From Candidatus Saccharimonadota bacterium (GTDB taxonomy: Bacteria; Patescibacteriota; Gracilibacteria; BD1-5; UBA2023): DNA of 32,000 bases. The translations under genes and the position numbers were made by a program. Shown piece after piece: positions 11,708 through 19,633 of the stretch (its first letter is position 1; each line of letters opens with the position of its first letter). The DNA lies in NCBI GenBank assembly GCA_046350815.1, contig JAXLZO010000001.1:1200001-1232000 (forward strand), given 5' to 3'. The notes beneath the pieces were generated by a model. The model ran no database searches and was not told the DNA's origin. It worked only from the letters and a program-made list of their open reading frames with translations.

Positions 11708-11882
11708 GGCTCTTGTCTTCCCCAATGAGAAGATGCCCGAAGGCGGAGGGTTAAGTCCAGAGAGGTACCACCGAAAGCGGATGCTTAATGCTAGGTTGTT
11801 GACGGAGTATTTCAACTCCGGGAGGTTCTATTCGGATAAATCCTTTCTTCCTCCAGCTCGCGGATGATAGCCGCTCAGATGC
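11708..11882. ncRNA. candidate structured RNA of unknown class (GC-rich island between two terminators)
   Basis: I counted 91 G+C in 175 nt (52%), against AT-rich flanks. No credible ORF on either strand. At least five local helices: TCTTC/GAAGA, GCC-TTCG-GGC (cUUCGg-type tetraloop on the minus strand), CGGAGT/ACTCCG, GGAGG/CCTCC and GCGG/CCGC. Bounded by hairpins at 11674-11707 and 11925-11951, with a 28-nt all-purine tract at 11901-11928. Strand not resolved. Confidence 0.55.
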
Positions 11883-11924
11883 TTTTATCACTACCAGTAT
11901 AGAGAAGAAAAAGAAAAAGAAAAG

Positions 11925-11951
11925 AAAACTCGCTAAAATTAGCGAGTTTTT
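11925..11951. terminator. hairpin terminator downstream of the 314-aa ORF
   Basis: AAA-ACTCGCT-aaaatt-AGCGAGT-TTTT, 14 nt after the TAG at 11965-11967 (minus strand), followed on the minus strand by a long pyrimidine run. Confidence 0.7.
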
Positions 11952-11964
11952 CAAGATTACAAGA

Positions 11965-12909
11965 CTACGCCTCCTTCAACGTAGCTAAAAATTTTTCCAT
12001 ACGGGCATTTTGTTGTTCCGGTGTTACGCCGGAGAAAAGAGTTTTAAAAGTAGTATCTGCCTCTAAGTAAGCATCATATGCCATATTTTGCATGGCATTT
12101 ACATGAGCTACTGTCTCCTCCGTGACAGTAGCCAACCAATCCAATTGAGTCCGGCGGACTAACTGAGCTCGGTATTTATGATACTGGTTTTCCCAAAATG
12201 TACGCTCATACAAAACATTCATACGTGCCTTCTCCAGAGATTTTGCATCACTTCGAGCAGTGAAAGCGTATGCAGATTTTTGAGTTTGATTTGCCCAAAA
12301 AAACACAACGTCTAAATCAATGGTACAGTTCGTACAATACTCTTCAAATACTACCGCTTTCAGCCGAGACTGAAAAAAGTACATTACTTGTGGTTGTGAC
12401 AAACTCAACTGCATTTCACTCAGGCAAGCATTCATGAGTTGAAACAATGCTTGCTTTGGTAAGGTAAAATAACATGAACTTACCAAACGATTGCCACTTT
12501 CAATAAACATAAATGCTATCTCGGTGTAAAATCGCCCTTTTAGTCCATCCAAAAGCTTATACCGAGCCTTCATCCAATCAGAATCTAATGCCAACCCTAC
12601 GGAAGTAAGATCTAACAAACAATCTGGCGGAATATGCAATCGAACACTACGAGGAGTAATCTGCTGAATATGCCATGTTAATGGCGTATTAGCAGGATAC
12701 ATACGCAGTCTTACTTGATTTAGAATGTCCGGCAAAAGCATATATGCAGTACCTGTCAAACTCATCGTGGTTTCAACGCACGCTATATCACTAACGATTA
12801 TCGCTTCAATGCGACTTCCAGTTGGAAATAGCAATTTCAAGGGGGCTTGTTTCTGCTTATCTTTTTTCAAAAACAAGCAACTTAACAAAAAAATAATAAT
12901 CCGCTGCAT
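11965..12909 (-). CDS. hypothetical protein (314 aa), no family recognised
   Basis: Uninterrupted ORF with no in-frame TGA. I prefer ATG at 12909-12907 (MQRIIIFLLSCLF...) over the track TTG at 12930 because AGAGAGGAG sits 6 nt upstream. TAG (complement) at 11965-11967. Confidence 0.6.
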   Translation of the reverse strand: MQRIIIFLLSCLFLKKDKQKQAPLKLLFPTGSRIEAIIVSDIACVETTMSLTGTAYMLLPDILNQVRLRMYPANTPLTWHIQQITPRSVRLHIPPDCLLDLTSVGLALDSDWMKARYKLLDGLKGRFYTEIAFMFIESGNRLVSSCYFTLPKQALFQLMNACLSEMQLSLSQPQVMYFFQSRLKAVVFEEYCTNCTIDLDVVFFWANQTQKSAYAFTARSDAKSLEKARMNVLYERTFWENQYHKYRAQLVRRTQLDWLATVTEETVAHVNAMQNMAYDAYLEADTTFKTLFSGVTPEQQNARMEKFLATLKEA

Positions 12910-12937
12910 GCACAACTCCTCTCTAACCAAGAAACAC

Positions 12938-12977
12938 TCATACTAACTTTCTGAAAATATTCATACTAACTTTCTGA
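12938..12977 (-). promoter_or_regulatory. two perfect 17-bp direct repeats upstream of the 314-aa ORF (candidate operator or promoter element)
   Basis: TCATACTAACTTTCTGA occurs at 12938-12954 and 12961-12977, a 23-bp period with spacer AAATAT. On the coding strand it reads TCAGAAAGTTAGTATGA, 29-68 nt upstream of the ATG. Confidence 0.5.
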
Positions 12978-13019
12978 GCGATCGAAAAGATAGTGTTTTT
13001 ACTAAAAAAAGCAATAAAT

Positions 13020-13049
13020 AAAAATAGAACACTACATAGTTCTATTTTT
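13020..13049. terminator. hairpin terminator after the 365-aa gene
   Basis: AAAATAGAAC-actacata-GTTCTATTTT, 10 nt downstream of the TAA at 13059-13061 (minus strand). Confidence 0.7.
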
Positions 13050-13058
13050 ATGATTTTC

Positions 13059-14156
13059 TTATTTTGTTTTCGATTTAAATTTTGTGAAAAATGATGAAAG
13101 TGCATGTGACAAACCATCAAACATTCTTCAGGAGTATTGTTTTACTTTTGAACCAAGTCTCGCCACAAAGGATTTCTCTTTTGAAATATACTTTTGTCAT
13201 CAAGAACGAGAAGTATCTGTTCAAATAGATTCATTATTTTCATGAATGACACTATTTTTTTTGTTCACAGGAAAATGAAGAACATTATTATTCTGATGAG
13301 ACAATATGGGATGAAAGATATTAAAATCAATATGCCCCTTTGAGATAGATTTCATATGAAGAGCGTCTTCGGCAGCTGTATAGAGATCTGTAAGCTGATC
13401 TCTTAGCGTATCATCCGTAGATGATAAGATAGGATAATCCTGATATTGGATGTGCACCGACTCATCAAGCACAGCTTTTTTAACAAAATCTGTATAAATA
13501 GTCGTATTTTTTACCCCTCCATCATCCAAGAGTCAAGATCAGAGTTTTATATCATTATCATTCACTGTAGCTAATCAAACAGCTTTAGATGCATCTCTTT
13601 GAGGAACATTCCTTGTAATCAATGAAGACCAATCAACCATTATAGCAGCTCCATTCTTCAAATCACCTTCTACATTCACTCCTTCAAAAGTGAAATGCTG
13701 AAGGAGGGGGTGTTTTCGAAGTTTATACAGGAGTCATTGTCGGATAAATGGATTACCAACCAAAAACGTTAAACTGCCAACTTGAATATCTTCACTTACT
13801 TTAATATCAATCTCTGCAGCATGCATCAGTGAGTCTATAAAATCTCGTAAATCAATATTTGATTTACGAAAAAAAGTATAGTCAACAAAATCACGACGCA
13901 TATCCAAGATATCCTCACGACTCTGAAATGCTGCTGCATCAAAAATATAATCAGCATTTTTTACACGCAATACTTCACTTATATTTTGACCAATATTATT
14001 CTTAATCTGTTGTACAGATCAGGAATATACGAGGCGTGGTCATCTCTGTCATATTTCTACTTGATCAGCTAACAATTCTCAATTCATCACCGATAAAGCA
14101 TCAAATTCCCCCTCTGAGGAAGTTAAACCTTTTAAAGTCAAAATATTACTATTCAT
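13059..14156 (-). CDS. hypothetical protein (365 aa)
   Basis: ATG at 14156; track ORFs 13734-13970 and 13221-13529 are in frame and joined by TGA. The track stop at 13221 is itself TGA, so the frame continues to TAA at 13059-13061. No family recognised. Confidence 0.6.
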
Positions 14157-14282
14157 AAATAACGATCAAGTGCTGTAATCTACAATATACAAAATCAATC
14201 AATACTTGCATTATATCCAATCCTTGAAATAAATAAAATCAAAGTCTAAATTCTATAGTTTTTTTCAAATCAATGGATTCTG

Positions 14283-14972
14283 TTATTTCTTTTTGCTCTT
14301 TTGTAAAATATATACTCCATTCTGATTGACTATATTCTCCGAATGGAATACCACCGAGAAGTTTCCACCAATCATTTGTTCTGGTGTGAGCACTCGATGA
14401 GCGCGAAATGTAGTGTCGAGAAGAACATCAGCAACATTGTTAGGAGATCGAACGGAACTCAATCAGGTATCATAACCCGATAAAATCATCGTGTCGTTAA
14501 TGAGTTTGGTACAGAAAAATTTTTCTTCTTTGGTATCATCAACTCAAAAGAAAAAATCATATGGCTTACCTATTTTTTCAATGAGTCAAAGAAAATATCT
14601 CCGATAAAAATCACTTCGTCTCGGACGCAGAATCATGATACTATCATATGTTCGTAAAAGTTTGCGAAGAGAAATATATGACACTCCATGTGCAAACGCA
14701 TGAATGCATCGTCATTTTCAAATATAAGCGACCGCGTGAGTAACTACTCATGGAATAAAGAGAGACGATGCATGTTGAAAATTTCATACCAGGATTACAT
14801 CTCAAGCATGAATGAGAGATTTTACTCAACAAATATCTGATCGAGAAAGTGAATTCCGACGTGGGAAGTACGGAATCTGACTTACCCAATACGTGATATT
14901 CGATCACCATTTTTTATACCAAGGGTAATTGGTTGGGAAATTCGCAACGATTGGTATATCAAAAGATTCCAT
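14283..14972 (-). CDS. YiiX/YaeF-like permuted papain-fold (NlpC/P60 superfamily) hydrolase (229 aa)
   Basis: This frame is different from track ORF 14644-14910. Translation ...HAGDVILVGNFQHASSLFIPGVVTHAVAYIGKGRCIHAFAHGVSYISL...KPYDFFFGVDDTKEEKFFCTKLI matches my memory of this family. ATG at 14972 is the first in-frame ATG; TAA is at 14283-14285. Confidence 0.6.
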
Positions 14973-15137
14973 AGAAACAAAAGATGATGAGAGTGTAGCG
15001 TATATATTTCAAAAAATCAAATCAGAAAAAATACATCAAACAATCTCTATAAGAAAGAGCAAACCAAAATTAATCACATCTTTTGCTCGTATCAAAAATA
15101 TATGGCAACATAGGCTATATATTTCCTTTTTATATCT

Positions 15138-17765
15138 ATGCTTGGAATATCTTCTCAAGAAGCAAAAAAACGCCTCGAGCAATTCTGACCAAACATCCTC
15201 ACGGCCGCCAATAAAAATCCGTGGTACAAAATACTTGTTTCACAATTTACGGATATTCTCGTTCTTATTCTCATTGGTGCAGCTCTCATTTCAGCTTTCA
15301 ATAGTGAACTTTCTGATGCTATTGTTATCTTTATTATTGTTCTCCTCAATGGTGGAATAGGATTTTTTCAAGAATATCGAACCGAGAAAACACTTGAAGC
15401 ACTTAAGAAAATGGTACATCCAGAGGTTCGTGTCATTCGTGATGGGCAAGAACAGATTATATCTGCAGAAGCTCTTGTGCCTTGAGACTATGTTATTCTT
15501 GCGGAATGAGACAAGGTTCCTGCAGATGGAATTATTTGAGAATCCAATCGATTGAAAGTGGATGAATCAGCTCTCACTGGAGAGAGTGTTCCTGTAGAAA
15601 AAAAAGAAGATCAAGATATTTTTATGGGGACTGCGATCGCTCGTGGAAGTGGTGCATTTGAGGTAAAAATGACTGGCATGCAGACGAAATTCTGATCTAT
15701 TGCAAGACTCACAACAGAAACAGTAAAAACCCAATCTCCGCTTCAGAGAGAGCTGGAGCATATTGGAAAATTCGTAGCAAAAGTAACGCTTGTTATTTGT
15801 ATTCTCCTTTTCATTGTCGGTATTCTCCGGAATCAATCAATCGTTGATAGCCTTATGTTCTCAGTAGCAACAGCGATTGCAGCTGTACCAGAATGACTCC
15901 CAACAACAATCACTATTGCACTCGCTCTTGGAGCATCTGTACTCGCCCGGAAAATGGCAATTATTAAGAAATTATCATCTGTCGAGACGCTCGGCGCGGT
16001 CACGACTATTTGTAGTGACAAGACAGGAACGCTCACAAAAAATGAAATGACCGTACGAGAGTTTCTCCTCGCAGATGGTACAACCTATCATGTATCTGGA
16101 AGTGGATATGATCCACGAAATAGCTTGATCACCAAATGAAGTGGACATACCCCAGAAAAAAACCTGCTCACGCAAGATTTGGTCGTCAAACTCCTCACTA
16201 TTCTTGAAAACTGTAATGATGCTGAATTGATTGAGAAAAATGGGCGATACTCAATTCTCGGAGATCCAACCGAAGGATCACTCCTCACACTGACTCATAA
16301 GATCTCAAGTGAACAGCGATGGAAAACTGATATTCTCCAGTCATTCCCATTTGATTCTGACCGAAAATTGATGTCGGTTATTACCAAAGAATCCATTCTC
16401 GTGAAGTGATCCCCTGATCATGTCATGGAAAAAGTAACCCACTATCAAGATGCTGATGGAAAAATATGTGAAATGACAGAAGTGAAAAAAGCGGAAATAT
16501 TCGCAGTTTATGGACATATGGCAGAAAATGCTTTGAGAGTCCTTGCTTGTGCGTATCGTGCAAATGATCAAGATAACTATGAAACAGAGTGAGATGCTGA
16601 ACGTGATCTCATATTCATTGGTCTTGTGGGAATGATCGATCCTCCTCGTGATGAAGTCAAAGATGCTGTGAAAAAATGCCATAATGCCGGTATCAGAACC
16701 ATTATCATCACTGGGGATTATGGGCCAACTGCAGCGGCCATTGGGCGAGAACTTGGTATGGTTCATGGTGATAATCTCAAACTCCTCACAGGTGCTGAAG
16801 TCGAAAATATGAATAATGAAGAACTCTGAGAAATTCTCAAAGACAAAACTCGTGCCCTCATATTTGCACGATCACTTCCAGAACAAAAAATGCGCATCGT
16901 CTCGCTCCTCCAGTCTCACGGAGAGATCGTCGCCATGACCGGCGATGGAGTCAATGATGCGCCGGCTCTGAAAAAAGCAGATATTGGAGTAGCTATGGGT
17001 ATTACTGGTACGGAAGTATCCAAGGAAGCAGCGACTATGATTCTCATGAACGATTCATTTGCATCGATTGTGACCGCTATCGAAGAAGGACGAAGAATAT
17101 ATGACAATCTCAAGAAATTCGTCTGGTTTGTATTCTCATGCAACATTGCCGAGCTCTTCACGGTATTTGCAGTGATTGCATTCAATCTCCCCATTGCTCT
17201 CACAGCTATCCTCATACTCTGTATCGATCTTGGTACAGATATTCTTCCAGCAGTCGCACTCGGAGTTGATAATGGTGATCCAAAGAATATGAGCCGACCG
17301 CCTCGCAATCCACAAGAGAAAATCATGCAAAGACCCTTTGTTATGCACTTTCTGACAACATGACTTTTTATTGGAGCATGTGTCATGGGGGCATTTATTC
17401 TCACACTCACTCGTGATGGCTGGATATGGTGAATGAATGACCTCGGAGAGATCGGTTATCATGCATCCACTGTTGCATTCACAACGCTTGTTGTAGTGCA
17501 ACTCATCAATACATTTTCCGCTCGGTCATTCACACAATCAGCATTCCGTATACCACTTGGGGGTAATATTCTCCTCGTAGTTGCCATGGTCACATCTCTC
17601 CTCATGGTTATGATTATGCTCTATACACCTATCAATACCTTTCTTCATACCGTGCCACTTGGATGGTTTGATTGGGGTATAGTGCTATGATTTTCACTTC
17701 TACCACTTCTCTTTCAGGAGATTCTGAAATGGAGAAAGAGGCTAGAAACAAAGACGATGATATAA
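15138..17765 (+). CDS. cation-transporting P-type ATPase, type II (PMCA/SERCA-like, probably Ca2+), 875 aa
   Basis: ATG at 15138, TAA at 17763-17765. Track ORFs 15954-16139, 16179-16409, 16626-16829, 16890-17363 and 17433-17690 are in one frame. Motifs TGES, PEGL (Gly = TGA at 15894-15896), DKTGTLT, TGD and [10 protein letters not shown]; N-terminal [17 protein letters not shown]. Confidence 0.92.
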
Positions 17766-17797
17766 AAATTCCGAGGCACATATGTCTCGGAATTTTT
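17764..17797. terminator. bidirectional terminator between the ATPase and the MazG-like gene
   Basis: AAAAATTCCGAG-gcacatatgt-CTCGGAATTTTT, immediately after the ATPase TAA. Confidence 0.75.
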
Positions 17798-17842
17798 ATA
17801 TCATCATTACTGAATGAGAATGAATATTTTGATCTAACTCAG

Positions 17843-18226
17843 TTATATTTTTTCCATCTTTCTTTCCTTTTGTTTTCTTTTTGCTTCCGCCCATATTCTT
17901 TCGCGTTCTTCATGATCTCACTCGAATCTTCACTCAACAACATATGGAAGTCGTTCTGAGAATTTGAGATGGGTATTTTTCATCATTCGCTCAATATCAA
18001 TCATTCCCTTATCCTCAAGCTTCCCCACAAAGTTCATGACACACCATACGAGATCCCCTACCTCATCTTCCAGTTCAGGAAGTTTTTGGAGCATGAGTTC
18101 TTTGCGAATTTCTTCCATCTCATCGAGGATCCCATGAAAATAGTAGAATTCACTCGAATCCTTGAACCAACCATTGTATTGCTGATTACGTTGTTGGAGC
18201 TGAAAAAGATGATCAATATGTTTCAT
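17843..18226 (-). CDS. MazG-like nucleoside triphosphate pyrophosphohydrolase (127 aa)
   Basis: Track ORF 17930-18226 ends in TGA and the frame continues to TAA at 17843-17845. EExxE/D-type helix pair: GILDEMEEIRKEL...LEDEVGDLVWCVMNFV. Confidence 0.7.
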
Positions 18227-18241
18227 AATTCTTTTTGTTAT

Positions 18242-18994
18242 GGCTCTAAACCAGTTGACAGGATAAATTATCCCATAAACTTGGCTCTATGATCAGTAAA
18301 ACTACCTATAGGAAAAAATCACGAATTTGAGATGCAAAAATACGAGAAATAGTGAAATATTTTTCTCTGGATTTTACTTCAGATAAAACAGCAGTATTAA
18401 CAGGTCTCAATCCAAAAACAACACAGGATTGGTATAGATATATCAGAAAGGCGATAGCCTTTCTCTGTGAGAGAGAAAAGAATGAAATATGGACTGGAAA
18501 TGTTGAGATAGATGAGAGTTACTTCTGACCAACAAGAGTCCGATGAAAGAGAGGAAGGTGAGCTGGTATGAAGACAATAGTATTTGGTTTGCTCAAGAGA
18601 AATGGGAAGGTCTACACAGAGATTGTTCCGGATGTGAAAGCAATGACTCTGGTGCCAATCATTCGATGAAAACTTCATATAGAAGAGTCTGAGATTAACA
18701 GTGATGGATGGTGAGCTTATGATGGGCTTGTAGATATTGGATATGAGAAACACTACCGTGTTCATCATGGGAGTAATGAGTTCGCCAGATGAGCGCAGCA
18801 TATCAACGGAATAGAGAGTTTCTGGAGTTTTACTAAAAGAAGACTCTCTCAATTCAATGGAATCAAGAAAGTCTATTTCTACTATTTTTTGAAAGAATCT
18901 GAATTCAGATATAATTGTCGTATTCAGTGAAAAGATATTTATAAGGAAGTACTGAAGTTACTTCGTCAATATAACCCGTAACTGGTTTAGACCC
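18242..18994 (+). mobile_element. compact IS1595-family (ISXO2-like) insertion sequence, 753 bp
   Basis: Terminal inverted repeats GGCTCTAAACCAGTT (18242-18256) and AACTGGTTTAGACCC (18980-18994) match at 14/15 positions and enclose a single DDE transposase gene. No clean target-site duplication seen. Confidence 0.8.
18289..18981 (+). CDS. IS1595-family DDE transposase (230 aa, 8 UGA-Gly codons)
   Basis: Translation ...NVEIDESYFGPTRVRGKRGRGAGMKTIVFGLLKRNGKVYTEIV...INSDGWGAYDGLVDIGYEKHYRVHHGSNEFARGAQHINGIESFWSFTKRRL matches the IS1595 DDE core. Track ORF 18397-18852 (minus) is its antisense shadow. Confidence 0.88.
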
Positions 18995-18997
18995 TTT

Positions 18998-19566
18998 TTA
19001 TTTTTGAGAAATTGATGCCCACTCACTTCGGAGTATCTCCATACTCACATTATCCTCATAACGATCTCATATCCAGACCTCTTCTCGTTGTCGTCCACAT
19101 TCTTGGAATCCGCATGATTTATAGCACGCAATTGCCCGAAGATTATCTCAACGAACCCAGAGAGACACCTTATGAAGATGAATATACTGAAATGCATACT
19201 TAAGAAGTAATGTTATCGCTCTTGCACCAATTCATTTTCCAGTATTTTCTCCATAGAGAAGAATACCAAAAACTGCATTTCTATTAAACACTGAAACACT
19301 GTTTAATCCAAGTGAACCAACAATAGGCGTTCACGCAATATTCTTGAGCATAATCATAAAGCTATGTTTCTGAGGCTTGGATATCATCTCATTCAAAAAC
19401 TCCTCTTCAATTTATAGCCCATCACTCAGCGTGGAAGATCTGGGACTATATATTTCGCATTATCAAGATGATTGATGCCACGGGTCATGACTTCGAGATC
19501 AGACATTTCAGGAACCACGAGAGCGATTTCCTCATCTTCGAGGACAACAATACGATTGTGGGACAT
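18998..19566 (-). pseudogene. GNAT (RimJ/RimL-like) N-acetyltransferase with a -1 frame break near 19408-19420
   Basis: The N-terminal part from ATG 19566 reads MSHNRIVVLEDEEIALVVPEMSDLEVMTRGINHLDNAKYIVPDLPR.... The acetyl-CoA-binding core (...IEEEFLNEMISKPQKHSFMIMLKNIAGTPIVGSLGLNSV...ENTGKGIGARAITLLLKYAFQYIHLHKVSLWVRGDNLRAIACYKSCGFQECG...) is in the -1 frame and is preceded there by TAA. It ends at TAA 18998-19000. Confidence 0.6.
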
Positions 19567-19633
19567 ATATGTATGGCAATGAATTAAGAAAAGTATAGAC
19601 AAGATAGGAAGAATTATAATTCAGATGTTTTCT

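Noticed and set aside
11708-11882. T-box riboswitch for the ileS operon. The minus strand contains GGUGGUACC, which resembles the T-box core.
   Set aside because: The downstream terminator stem (GCACACAA/TTGTGTGC) has no complementarity to that segment, so no antiterminator/terminator switch can form. I also could not find a Stem I with a specifier loop, an AG bulge or the distal-loop motifs.
11708-11882. RNase P, tmRNA, SRP, ZTP, glycine or c-di-GMP riboswitch identity for the GC-rich RNA candidate.
   Set aside because: There are only short chance resemblances: GGAGGGUUAAGUCC versus the P4 GAGGAAAGUCC, AGCAUUAAG as in Bacillus scRNA, and CCGCCUUCGGGCA versus the ZTP CCGCCUGGGCA. Partner strands and other conserved blocks are missing, and the length is too short for RNase P or tmRNA.
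11965-12909. Absence of UGA codons, or elevated GC, as proof that the 314-aa ORF is foreign.
   Set aside because: Neighbouring genes use UGA at roughly 1 per 50-150 codons, so zero in 314 codons is only weakly unusual. My spot counts of GC (35-50% per 60 nt) overlap those of ileS. I kept it only as supporting context for the Shine-Dalgarno and direct-repeat observations.
14644-15360. Track ORFs 14644-14910 (-) and 14929-15360 (+) as genes.
   Set aside because: The first is the wrong frame of the YiiX-like gene; the convincing frame needs UGA = Gly. The second overlaps the divergent intergenic region and the ATPase 5' end out of frame, whereas the ATPase N-terminal domain motif begins at ATG 15138.
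18234-19002. Target-site duplication flanking the IS1595 element.
   Set aside because: The flanks (…CTTTTTGTTAT on the left, TTTTTATTTTT… on the right) are both T-rich but do not form an identical 8-bp direct repeat, so no TSD is claimed.
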